Position numbers and translations under genes: made by a program. 64,000 nt of DNA from Dehalococcoidia bacterium (GTDB lineage Bacteria; Chloroflexota; Dehalococcoidia; Lucifugimonadales; Australimonadaceae): the NCBI GenBank assembly GCA_965116015.1, contig OZ220477.1, positions 2,020,339 through 2,084,338 on the forward strand, read 5' to 3'. The notes beneath the pieces are model-generated. The model saw nothing but the letters and a program-made list of their open reading frames with translations. It ran no database searches and was not told the DNA's origin. The first letter of the stretch is position 1; each line of letters starts with the position of its first letter. Shown here one piece after another: positions 38,614-47,837 of the stretch.

Positions 38614-38838
38614 AGCTAGTCCTGTCCTCTTTCGGCGTGACTAGCGCCATTCTAGATGCGAGGGGAATTACGCGCCAGCAGCGAGCGCTATAGCCGCCGG
38701 CGAATCCCCGTCGTTCCCGCGAACCTCAACGCCGCATCCCCCGTTGCCCGCCTGTCGCTCCCGCGAAGAGTGAACTCCCGGGCATCTGCGTGGCGCGCAG
38801 GCGGCGGCGGGCAACAGCGTAAAACCGAAAAGACGAAA

Positions 38839-38915
38839 TGGTGGGCGGTAGAGGACTCGAACCTCTGACCTCCGCGATGTCAACGCGACGCTCTAACCAA
38901 CTGAGCTAACCGCCC
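38839..38915 (-). tRNA. tRNA-Val (anticodon GAC)
   Basis: Reverse complement reads GGGCGGT..TCGCG-TTGACAT-CGCGG..GGTTCGAGTCC..ACCGCCCACCA. Confidence 0.85.
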
Positions 38916-39125
38916 ACAAAGGAGCGACAAGTATAGAGCCGCCTCGCTCAGCCCGTCTACCAAACCAGCGCTTCCGTGCCAAGCGCCCCGCGCATCGCCC
39001 GCCAGCTGTCGACTCCTCAGTAGCCCGATACGCCTCCGCCCGAGCCTCCCGCGCCCGCTATTTCGCGCCAACCTGCCGCCAAAGCCCTACCAGCAACCCG
39101 CCCCGGCGCCCGATAATAGAAGACT

Positions 39126-40031
39126 ATGGCGCGCGCAACCGCTCCCCGCCGCTCTCGCAGAGCATTCCAAACCGGGATCGCCCTGCTCGCCGCAGGAGTG
39201 CTCCTCCTGGCCGCGGCGGCCTTCTACTACGGATACGGCGTCGTCGCCTCCCGCAACCTCGACAACATCGTCGTCCAGAACCCCGACGCGGTGGAGCTGC
39301 TCCCCCAAACTACCCCTCCCTCAGGCGCCTCCTCGCAGCCAACCGCCCCCTACCAGCAAGAAGTCCTTCCTCAGCCCACCCTTGCCGCCCCCGACTCCGG
39401 CGCTCCCGAGCCCCCCCGCCCCGATCCAGAGCTCGCCCAGCTCTACCCCGGCTCCCTCCTGCCGGCTCGCCAATGGGCCGACCCCCGGGGAACGATCGCC
39501 CTCCCTCAACCCGACATCAGCGGATTCACACCCCTCAGCAGCGCCGGACAACCCGTCATCAACGGCGTCCTCGGCAGAGCCGATCGCATCGTCATCCCGC
39601 AGCTGCACATCGACGCCCCCGTCGAAGAGCTCGGAATCGCAGACCCCGCATCCAGCATCGCCTACGAAACCCCGAAATTCATCGTCGGACACATCCCCGC
39701 AACCCCAAACCCCGGCTCCCACGGCAACGGGTGGTACTTTGGCCACCTCGAAAGCCCCGTCGAAGGAGAAGGCAACGTCTTCGCTTCCCTCCCCCGCATC
39801 GCCAACCTCATCCGCGACGGCGAAGATGTCCACGCCATCCTCCGCGCCGGCAACCGCGAGTACCTCTACGCCGTCAGCCGCGTCGACCTGCTCCACCGCG
39901 ACGAAATGAAAATCTACGGCTCCGACGACGCCCGCGTTACGCTAGTAACCTGCTACCCCAGACTGCGCTACGACCACCGCCTGCTAGTAACCGCCCAACT
40001 GATAGGGTTCAAGAATGCTCAACCCGCATAG
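39126..40031 (+). CDS. Sortase-family transpeptidase
   Basis: N-terminal TM helix, 'FIVGHI' His region, catalytic 'TLVTCYP', and a conserved Arg in 'HRLLVTAQL'. Confidence 0.75.
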   Translation: MARATAPRRSRRAFQTGIALLAAGVLLLAAAAFYYGYGVVASRNLDNIVVQNPDAVELLPQTTPPSGASSQPTAPYQQEVLPQPTLAAPDSGAPEPPRPDPELAQLYPGSLLPARQWADPRGTIALPQPDISGFTPLSSAGQPVINGVLGRADRIVIPQLHIDAPVEELGIADPASSIAYETPKFIVGHIPATPNPGSHGNGWYFGHLESPVEGEGNVFASLPRIANLIRDGEDVHAILRAGNREYLYAVSRVDLLHRDEMKIYGSDDARVTLVTCYPRLRYDHRLLVTAQLIGFKNAQPA

Positions 40032-40309
40032 GCAAACCAAATCCGGCTCACGCCGCCAACTGCTAGGGTTCAGAGAATGCTGAAGCCGCATAGCAAAGAC
40101 TGCATCCTGCCCGCTGCTGCCACCTACGGAATCGGCCTCCCCGCAAGAGACGCCCGCCGCCTTTCTCCACCCGACAGCGTGCGCCAACCCCGTGGAGTCG
40201 TGCTGTGTTCCGGCTCCCGGGTCGAGGCTCAGCTGCGCGGACCAACTCGCCATCAAATGGCGTCGTCGGCGGAGCCGAGCGCATCGGCCATCCCGCAGCT
40301 ACAGCGCGC

Positions 40310-40388
40310 TACCCCCCGATTGCGATACAATCAACGCCTGCCCGTGACCGCCCAGCCAGCAGGGTTCAGGAATGCTGAAACCCCGTAG
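40310..40388 (+). pseudogene. Degenerate duplicate of the sortase 3' end
   Basis: 'PRLRYNQRLPVTAQPAGFRNAETP*' compares with the sortase end 'PRLRYDHRLLVTAQLIGFKNAQPA*'. A third partial copy lies at about 40043-40091. Confidence 0.5.
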
Positions 40389-40434
40389 AGAACGCGCCGC
40401 TCGCTCCCTCCTGCGCACGACGCAACGTTACACA

Positions 40435-41538
40435 ATGTTACGAAATGTTACGGCAGTCGCAGTAATTGCCGCCGCGCTCGCCGCCTGCTCCCCCGCCGAC
40501 CCAACCGCCACGCCTGCCCCGCCTCCCTCTGAGCCGGCAACCACTTCTGCGCCAACCCTATCTCCAACAGCCCTAGATGATCTCACGGCGCAACATACCG
40601 CAACACCAGCTCCCCCCACCGCGACACCAGCGCCCTTTGCCGCGACGCCCAACTCCCCTGAGGCCATGCCAAGCCCCGCCGCGACCCCCACGCCCGCCAA
40701 TGGCGACGGCGAGCACGTATCCTTCCCTCCTACCCTGCCTCCCTCCGACCGCGCGCCCGCGTCAACTCCTACCCTGCCTCCCTCCGACCGCGCGCCCGCG
40801 TCAACTCCTACCCCGCCTCCCTCCGACCGCGCGCCCGCGCCAACTCCCACCCCGCCTCCCTCCAACCGCGTCTCCGCTCCAACTCCCACCCTGCCTCCCT
40901 CCAACCGCGTCTCCGCTCCAACTCCCACCCTGCCTCCCTCCAACCGCGTCTCCGCTCCAACTCCCACCCTGCCTCCCTCCAACCGCGCGCCCGCCCCAAC
41001 TCCCACCCTGCCTCCCTCCAACCGCGTCCCCGCGCCAGCCCCTACTCCTACCTCTATTCCCACGCTAGCTCCCACCCCAGTCCTAGCCGCCGCCTGGCGT
41101 GTCGACATCCCCGTTGGAGCCGAAATCGGCGACCGCGCGTCCGACGCAACCCTCACACTTCCCAACGGAACCACAGCGTCGCTCCAGGAGCTGGCCGCCG
41201 GCAAGCCGCTCCTCCTCTACTTCTTCGCCACGTGGTGACCAACCTGCCGCGCCGAGTTCCGGACGCTGGGAGAACTCTACGACGACTACCGCGACGACAT
41301 CGTCATCGTCGCGGCAGGCTGGAACGAAACCGCCGCAACGCTCGGCCGGTACGCGTCCGACAATGGACTCGATTGGGTATTCGCTCAGGGCGAGCTCGAC
41401 CTTGTCTCTAGCTATCAAGTGCGGTCGCAGTCGTCCAAGGTGGCTATCGACGCCGACGGCGTAATCGCTATGCGCTCCGGCTATCGCCGCGGCGGCGGCG
41501 ACTACTGGCGCGCTCTCCTCGGCAGCCTCAGAGAGTAA
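40435..41538 (+). CDS. Lipoprotein with a Pro-rich repeat linker and a TlpA/ResA-like thioredoxin-fold domain; in-frame TGA at the first Cys of WCxxC (candidate selenoprotein, or pseudogene)
   Basis: Lipobox 'AALAACS'. '...GKPLLLYFFATW-TGA-PTCRAEFRTLGELYDDY...' reads through in frame to the TAA at 41536-41538. Confidence 0.55.
40730..41041 (+). repeat. Eight tandem 39-bp (13-aa) repeats, PTLPPS(D/N)R(A/V)(P/S)A(S/P)T
   Basis: Units read directly. Several adjacent units are identical. Confidence 0.9.
41254..41277 (+). other. Small hairpin 16 nt downstream of the in-frame TGA (possible SECIS-like element)
   Basis: GAGTTC(C)...(G)aGAACTC: a 6-7 bp stem with a bulged A and an ~8-nt loop. Confidence 0.25.
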
Positions 41539-41745
41539 AACGCCAACCCAGACCGCCCCTGCGCAGGAGAGATTCGGAAGCTAACAGGGAGCAGCCCCAA
41601 CGCCCGCAAGGCGACAGGCGCCCGCTACCTCACCGAACTTCAAACAGGGAATGCCAGCGCAAAGCGCCCGCAAAGACAAGCCTCATGAACCGGTGCACAG
41701 TAGCCTACAAACACGTACAGGACGACAGGCCAACTACCCGCTCAG

Positions 41746-42099
41746 TTAGCGCTTGGCGGCGATCGGACGCTCCTTGATGCGAGCAGCCTTGCCGGAGAGC
41801 CCCCGCAGATAGTACAGCTTGGCGCGGCGCACAACGCCCCGGCGCGCCACCTCGACGCTATCCACATTCGGCGAGTGGGTGAAGAACGAGCGCTCGACGC
41901 CAACCCCGGAGGCCACCCGCCGAACAGTGAACGAGCTTGCAGGCCCCCCTCGCCTCATCCGAATGACGACGCCCTGGAAGCTCTGCTGCCGCTGGCGGTC
42001 GCCCTCGCGGATCCACACATTCACCTTGACAGTGTCGCCAGGTTTGAACTCGGCGACCTTCTCGTTGGGTTCGAGCGCTACTGCTTCGCGCGCTTCCAT
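41746..42099 (-). CDS. rplS: 50S ribosomal protein L19
   Basis: 117 aa from 'MEAREAV...' with '[29 protein letters not shown]'. The track ORF over-extends to 42270. Confidence 0.9.
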   Translation of the reverse strand: MEAREAVALEPNEKVAEFKPGDTVKVNVWIREGDRQRQQSFQGVVIRMRRGGPASSFTVRRVASGVGVERSFFTHSPNVDSVEVARRGVVRRAKLYYLRGLSGKAARIKERPIAAKR

Positions 42100-42199
42100 A
42101 GCTATATGCTCCCCTCGCCGTTGACGGCGTTGCGCTGCGCCCGCCCAGCGGCGGGCAACTAAGCTAGTGTACGGGCAAACGCACTCGGCGGCAAGGAAC

Positions 42200-43165
42200 C
42201 TAAGAGGACGCAATCGTCTGAACCCGGTCGAGCATCGCATCCCACGGGTCTGCGCGTGGAGGCAGCGCATCTCCCGGAAGCGCTATGCACCCGTTGTTCC
42301 TCCAGCACACAAGCCTGCCCGATTGCCCGTCGAGCAACGCATCGACGGCGGCTACTCCCATCCGCGTTCCCAGGATGCGGTCGAACCGCGAAGGCGACCC
42401 CCCTCGCTGAATGTAGCCGAGCACGGTGTAGCGTGCGGAGTACGGCTCCGTCGAGCGGTTGATCAAGTCGGCGAGCTCGGCGGCGTTCCAGCGCGCGCCC
42501 TCCGCCAGCACGATGATGAAATGACGCTTCCCTCGCCCCCACACCCCTCGAATCTCACTGAACACATCCTCGAGCTCGACAGGCCGCTCCGGAGTAAGCA
42601 CCATCTCCGCCCCTGTGGCCAGGCCAGCCTGCACCGCGATGTAACCGCAGCGCCTTCCCATCACCTCCACAATCATCGCCCGCTGGTGCGCGCTTGCCGT
42701 GTCGCGGAGCCGGTCAATCGCTTCCATCGCCGTGTTGATGGCAGTGTCAGCGCCAAGTGTCGCCTCAGTTCCAGGCATGTCGTTGTCGATAGTGCCCGGA
42801 ACCGTGATTGTGGGGAAGCCAAGCTTGTGAAGCTCCCACGCCCCAGCCAGCGAACCCTCCCCCCCGATGACGATGAGCCCCTCGAATCCCGCAGACCGCA
42901 GGTAGTCCACAGCCTCCCGCCGAACCCCGTCGTCGAAGAACGAATCGCATCGCCCAGCCCCGATAATGCTGCCTCCGCGCTGGAGGGAGCCCGAGACCGA
43001 CCGAGTGTTCAGCTGCTCGCAGCGGCGATTGAGTAGGCCGTTGTACCCGTCCCAGAATCCCCACACTTCGACGTCGCGATAGAGTGCGGCTCTGGTGGCC
43101 GCGCGAATGGCGGAGTTCATCCCCGGCGCATCTCCTCCGCTCGCCAGCAATCCAATCTTCTTCAT
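42200..43165 (-). CDS. pfkA: ATP-dependent 6-phosphofructokinase
   Basis: '[21 protein letters not shown]', 'GGEGS', 'TIDND', 'MGR'. Start at 43165; the track ORF extends to 43267. Confidence 0.9.
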   Translation of the reverse strand: MKKIGLLASGGDAPGMNSAIRAATRAALYRDVEVWGFWDGYNGLLNRRCEQLNTRSVSGSLQRGGSIIGAGRCDSFFDDGVRREAVDYLRSAGFEGLIVIGGEGSLAGAWELHKLGFPTITVPGTIDNDMPGTEATLGADTAINTAMEAIDRLRDTASAHQRAMIVEVMGRRCGYIAVQAGLATGAEMVLTPERPVELEDVFSEIRGVWGRGKRHFIIVLAEGARWNAAELADLINRSTEPYSARYTVLGYIQRGGSPSRFDRILGTRMGVAAVDALLDGQSGRLVCWRNNGCIALPGDALPPRADPWDAMLDRVQTIASS

Positions 43166-43332
43166 AACCCCCTGTACGTCTGCTCCCTCTGGGAACATAG
43201 CAGCTTCCTCAGCGCGTTCCACGCCTGGAGACTGGAAATTCGCAAGCAAGCGCCCCGGCCACAGCAACTAGTAGGTTTTGAGCAGGAATCGAGTATAGGC
43301 CAGGGAGAGCGCCTAAAGAGCGGGAAGAAGTC

Positions 43333-43362
43333 TTGACGACCTCCCTCCTTTTCCCTTACCAT
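43333..43362 (+). promoter_or_regulatory. Probable promoter of the 5S rRNA gene
   Basis: TTGACG (43333-43338), an 18-nt spacer, then TACCAT (43357-43362), 7 nt before the predicted 5S 5' end. Confidence 0.4.
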
Positions 43363-43368
43363 ACTCCC

Positions 43369-43486
43369 GCTTGGTGGTTAGAGCGGAGTGGAACCACCCG
43401 TACCCATCCCGAACACGGAAGTGAAACGCTCCAGCGCTGACGATACTGGTAGGGCGACTTGCTGGGAAAATAGGTCACTGCCAGGC
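43369..43486 (+). rRNA. rrf: 5S ribosomal RNA, stand-alone
   Basis: Conserved 'CCACCCGTACCCATCCCGAACACGGAAGTGAAAC'. The terminal helix 43369-43377 / 43478-43486 pairs. No 23S rRNA upstream. Confidence 0.85.
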
Positions 43487-43496
43487 TTTCAAAAGA

Positions 43497-43529
43497 GCCC
43501 GGGCTAGTATGCCCGGGCCTTTATGTTTT
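43497..43529 (+). terminator. Rho-independent terminator after the 5S rRNA
   Basis: GCCCGGGC-TAGTAT-GCCCGGGC followed by CTTTATGTTTT. Confidence 0.7.
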
Positions 43530-43730
43530 GACTTGACTTGACGACGCGCCATTTAAACGCGAGGGCGCGCAAGGATCGATGCTCTGACCTGGGGACGCGC
43601 CTGTCGTCAGCGCTCCCAACCCTCAAGTCGCGCCGATGCGTGCTCGCTTTCGGTTTACACCCTCGCGTCGGCAAGCGTAGAATAGGGATACTCCAAGAGG
43701 TGGCGCAGCCGCTGGGGGACTAAAGTACCC

Positions 43731-44903
43731 GTGATTGATCAGCCGATTGAGGGCCGCCCCGGCGAACCCACGATGGCCGAACTCCTCGAACAAGAGGAGA
43801 CGCAACCGCAAGAGCTTCAGCGCGGGGACATCGTCGAAGGGCAAGTGATGGGCATCGACGCCGACGGCATCCTCGTGTCCGTCGGGCACAAATCCGAAGG
43901 CATGGTTCCGCCGCGCGAATTCCGCTCTATCGGGCCCGATCCCTCCGCTCGCTACCAGATAGGCGACGCCATCGACGTGTACGTTCTCGATACACTCGGA
44001 CGCGAAGGCCAAGCCCTGTTGTCGCTTGATCGCGCCCGCGCGGCCTCCGCATGGGTCGAACTCGAAGCGGCCGAACAGAGCGGCGGGACAGTGCGCGGCA
44101 TCATCACGGGACACAACAGGGGCGGCGTCGTCGTCGACATTAGTGGCCTGCAAGGCTTCGTTCCTCTCTCCCAACTCGCTCTGCCTCCCGGCGCCGATCA
44201 TGCGTCCGCGCTGGCGGCTCGCGTCGGAGAAGAGGTGACGCTCAAGGCGCTTGAGGTGAACCGCAAGCGCAATCGCGCGGTTCTCTCCGAGCGAGGAGCT
44301 CTTCGCGAACTGCGCGAGGGGTTGAAAAACCAATTGCTCAACGAACTGCAAGAAGGCGATCGCCGCCATGGCCGCGTAACCGGCATATCGAGCTTCGGGG
44401 CATTCGTGGATATCGGAGGAGCCGATGGCCTCGTCCACATCTCCGAACTTTCCTGGGCGCCTGTCTCCAATGTAGAGGACTGCGTGCGGATTGGCCAGGA
44501 AATCGACGTGCAAGTTATGCGTGTCGACCGAGAGAACCGCCGCATCGCGCTTAGCCTGCGTCGTTTGGAGCCAACGCCTTGGGAGACCGCGTCGGAGCGG
44601 CTTGCAGTCGGTCAGCTCGTCGAAGGAACGATCACCAAGCTCTCCGATTTCGGGGCGTTCGCGCGAGTCGACGGCGCACTTGAAGGGCTGATCCACATCT
44701 CGGAATTGACCGAAAGGCACATCCGCCATCCAAGGGAAGTCGTGGAGATTGGCGATACAATGGCGCTTCGGGTTGTGAGCCTGGACCTCGAGCGTCGACG
44801 CCTCGGTCTGAGCCTGCGTCAAGTAGAGGAAGATAACACGACAACCGATTACCATGACCCGGTGGACTACTACGACCCCTACGGCTACGACGACAACCAC
44901 TAA
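43731..44903 (+). CDS. rpsA: 30S ribosomal protein S1 (four S1 domains)
   Basis: Repeated 'G.(I/V)V.G.V...' S1 motifs. GTG start at 43731, or ATG at 43773. Confidence 0.85.
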   Translation: MIDQPIEGRPGEPTMAELLEQEETQPQELQRGDIVEGQVMGIDADGILVSVGHKSEGMVPPREFRSIGPDPSARYQIGDAIDVYVLDTLGREGQALLSLDRARAASAWVELEAAEQSGGTVRGIITGHNRGGVVVDISGLQGFVPLSQLALPPGADHASALAARVGEEVTLKALEVNRKRNRAVLSERGALRELREGLKNQLLNELQEGDRRHGRVTGISSFGAFVDIGGADGLVHISELSWAPVSNVEDCVRIGQEIDVQVMRVDRENRRIALSLRRLEPTPWETASERLAVGQLVEGTITKLSDFGAFARVDGALEGLIHISELTERHIRHPREVVEIGDTMALRVVSLDLERRRLGLSLRQVEEDNTTTDYHDPVDYYDPYGYDDNH

Positions 44904-44945
44904 GGCCGCCAAACGGGTTGTGGATAGATAGGGAGCGTACTTGTT

Positions 44946-47495
44946 ATGGCCAGTAGATTCGAGAAATTCTCCGAACGCGCCCGCAGAGTGCTGTCGCTTG
45001 CCCAGGAAGAGGCCCAGCGCTTCAACCACAACTACATCGGAACCGAGCACATCCTGCTCGGCCTCGTCCGCGAGACAGACGGCGTCGCCGCGCGTGTGCT
45101 CAGCAGCCTTGGCGTCGAGCTCTCCAAAATCCGCTCGGCAGTCGAATTCATCATCGGCAGAGGCGAACGTCCCTCCCCGGGCGACATTGGCCTTACGCCT
45201 CGCGCCAAGAAAGTCATCGAACTGGCCGTCGACGAGGCGCGTCGCCTGAGCCATCACTACATCGGCACCGAACATCTGCTCATCGGCATTATGCGCGAGG
45301 GCGAGGGCGTCGCTGCAGGCGTGCTCGAGAGCCTCGGCGTCTCGCTTGACAAGGTGCGCTCAGAGACAACCCGCATCCTCAACCAGAGCGTCTCCCAAGG
45401 CCAGGGCCAGCCCCGTATGAGCGCACGCACCCCTACGCTTGACCAACTCGGCATCGACCTAACCGCTGCCGCGCGTGCCGGTAAGCTTGATCCCATCATC
45501 GGCCGCAGCAAAGAGATCGCCCGCGTCGTGCAAATCCTGAGCCGCCGCACCAAAAACAACCCCGTGCTTATCGGTCCTCCCGGCGTCGGCAAAACCGCTA
45601 TCGTCGAGGCGCTCGCCCACCAGGTAACCTCAGGAGACGTCCCGGAGAACCTGACCAATCGCCGTGTGGTGACGCTCGATATGGGAGCGCTCGTCGCAGG
45701 CACCAAATACCGCGGCGAATTCGAGGAACGCCTCAAGAAAGTGGTCGAAGAGATCAAATCCGCAGGAAACTGCATCCTGTTCATCGACGAGATGCACACG
45801 ATGGTCGGCGCCGGCGCCGCCGAAGGTGCAGTCGACGCGGCCAACATCCTCAAACCTTCGCTTGCCCGTGGCGAGCTCCAGTGCATCGGCGCCACGACGC
45901 TCGACGATTACCGGAAGTACGTTGAACGCGACCCCGCTCTCGAGCGCCGCTTCCAGCCTGTCACCGTCGAGGAACCGTCAACTGAGGAGACAGTCGATAT
46001 CCTCCGCGGCATCAAAATCAAGTTCGAGGAGCACCACAGCGTCACCATCGAGGACGAGGCTCTCCAAGCCGCTGCGTCGCTCGCGTCTCGCTTCATCGCC
46101 GATCGCTACCTTCCGGATAAAGCCATCGACCTTATGGACGAGGCAGGTTCGCGTGTGCGCATCCGCACTAGCGGCGCTCCCCTCTCCGTCAAGGAATCGC
46201 AGAAGGTGCTCGAGACCGTCCGCCGCGAGAAAGACGAGGCAATCTCGGGTCAGCAATATGAGTACGCCGCCGAGCTGCGCGATCGCGAGATGAAGCTCGC
46301 CGAAAAACTGAACCAACTCCAAACTGAGTGGCAGGTGACAGCTTCCGAAGACCAGCCAGTGGTTACCGGCGAGGAAATTGCCGAAGTCGTCAGTATGTGG
46401 ACCGGCATCCCCGTTACGCGCATGGCAGTTGAGGAGACCGAACGGCTCCTGCATATGGAGGAGCACATCCACCGCCGTATCGTAGGCCAGGAAGAAGCTA
46501 TCGTTGCGATTGCCAAAGCAGTGCGCCGCGCCCGCGCCGGCCTGAAAGACCCTCGCCGCCCTATTGGCAGTTTCCTCTTCCTCGGCCCCACCGGCGTGGG
46601 CAAGACCGAGCTCGTGCGCGCCCTCGCTGAATTTATGTTTGGTTCCGACGAAGCCATGGTGAGGCTCGATATGTCGGAATTTATGGAGCGTCACACCGTA
46701 GCGCGGCTCGTGGGCGCCCCTCCCGGCTACGTCGGCTACGAAGAAGGCGGCCAGCTTACCGACGCCGTCCGGCGTCGCAGCTACACGTGCATCCTGCTCG
46801 ACGAGATCGAGAAGGCCCATCCCGAGGTCTTCAACATCCTGCTGCAGATCTTCGACGACGGCCATCTGACCGACGCCAAGGGCCGCAGAGTCGACTTCCG
46901 CAACACCATCATCGTTATGACATCCAACATTGGCTCCGACCTGATCAAGAGAGACACGTCGCTCGGCTTCTCAATGGTGGATCAGGCGAAAATGACAGAG
47001 AACGCCTACGAGAAGATGAAGACCAAGGTCGAGGAAGAGGTCAAACGCTTCTTCCGTCCCGAGTTCCTCAACCGCGTCGACGGCCAGATTGTCTTCCATG
47101 CCCTAACGATGGATCACATCGTCAGCATTGTTGACCTGATGCTGAACGACGTTCGCAAACCTATGCTTGAAAAGGGGCTCAGCCTCGAAGTAACTCAGGA
47201 AGCGAAGCAATGGCTCGCAGCCAAAGGGTTCGACCCTACATTCGGCGCTCGCCCGCTTCGCCGCACCATCGAGCAGAAGATTGAAGATCCCCTCTCCGAT
47301 GAGGTGCTCAGCGGTGTCTACGAGCCTGGGCAAACCGTAGTCGTCGACATCAACTCGGAAGATGACGAGCTGGTTATCCGCGCACAGATCGGTCCTCTTG
47401 GCGCCCTCGGCGCCCCTGACACCCCCGAGGAAACGCCTGCTCCGAGAGTGCTCGAGGAGCCGGTTTCGTCCGGCGAGGGCGCATCTGACAACTGA
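44946..47495 (+). CDS. clpC: ATP-dependent Clp protease ATP-binding subunit ClpC
   Basis: Double Clp_N repeat, two AAA+ modules ('GPPGVGKT', 'GPTGVGKT'), and a UVR-like linker. Confidence 0.9.
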   Translation: MASRFEKFSERARRVLSLAQEEAQRFNHNYIGTEHILLGLVRETDGVAARVLSSLGVELSKIRSAVEFIIGRGERPSPGDIGLTPRAKKVIELAVDEARRLSHHYIGTEHLLIGIMREGEGVAAGVLESLGVSLDKVRSETTRILNQSVSQGQGQPRMSARTPTLDQLGIDLTAAARAGKLDPIIGRSKEIARVVQILSRRTKNNPVLIGPPGVGKTAIVEALAHQVTSGDVPENLTNRRVVTLDMGALVAGTKYRGEFEERLKKVVEEIKSAGNCILFIDEMHTMVGAGAAEGAVDAANILKPSLARGELQCIGATTLDDYRKYVERDPALERRFQPVTVEEPSTEETVDILRGIKIKFEEHHSVTIEDEALQAAASLASRFIADRYLPDKAIDLMDEAGSRVRIRTSGAPLSVKESQKVLETVRREKDEAISGQQYEYAAELRDREMKLAEKLNQLQTEWQVTASEDQPVVTGEEIAEVVSMWTGIPVTRMAVEETERLLHMEEHIHRRIVGQEEAIVAIAKAVRRARAGLKDPRRPIGSFLFLGPTGVGKTELVRALAEFMFGSDEAMVRLDMSEFMERHTVARLVGAPPGYVGYEEGGQLTDAVRRRSYTCILLDEIEKAHPEVFNILLQIFDDGHLTDAKGRRVDFRNTIIVMTSNIGSDLIKRDTSLGFSMVDQAKMTENAYEKMKTKVEEEVKRFFRPEFLNRVDGQIVFHALTMDHIVSIVDLMLNDVRKPMLEKGLSLEVTQEAKQWLAAKGFDPTFGARPLRRTIEQKIEDPLSDEVLSGVYEPGQTVVVDINSEDDELVIRAQIGPLGALGAPDTPEETPAPRVLEEPVSSGEGASDN

Positions 47496-47837
47496 GGGAA
47501 AGCGGGAACGCTGTCCCTGCGCGATGCAGCTACGGCACGCGCCGCGATAGAGACGCAACCTCTGCTTCTGCTGGGACTCCTACGCCGGTTGGCGAAGGAA
47601 GTAGCTCTGTAGCGCGTCGTTTGGTTGCCACCCCGGCTTCATGATGAGCTCGCCGCTTCCCGGAGTCACGCCAATGGGCTCGTCATTCCAGCGAGTTCCA
47701 GTTGACCGCTGAGAGGAGAGCTTCCCCACTCGGGGGGACAGGGAGTCAGCCTCGTCGAGGGCTAATCCGGCTGCCCCGAGAGAGCCGCCCTGTTTGGGAC
47801 AAGCATCCCTTGCGCGGTAGGCGCGCTGTTCCGCACG

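Noticed and set aside
31860-38838. Integrase-type genomic island with att direct repeats derived from tRNA-Val
   Set aside because: I could find no integrase gene and no repeat of the tRNA 3' segment near 31860-31940. Island status therefore rests only on gene content and tRNA adjacency.
41236-41238. Genome-wide reassignment of TGA (for example to Gly/Trp) as the explanation for the in-frame TGA
   Set aside because: TGA clearly terminates other well-supported genes here (RidA at 28973-28975, nuoD at 22202-22204), and prfB has the RF2 TGA frameshift site.
43623-45275. 550-aa ORF on the minus strand
   Set aside because: It lies antisense to rpsA and the clpC start. It has no motifs and the Arg/Ala/Gly-rich composition typical of shadow ORFs in high-GC DNA. 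The plus-strand genes have clear S1 and Clp motifs.
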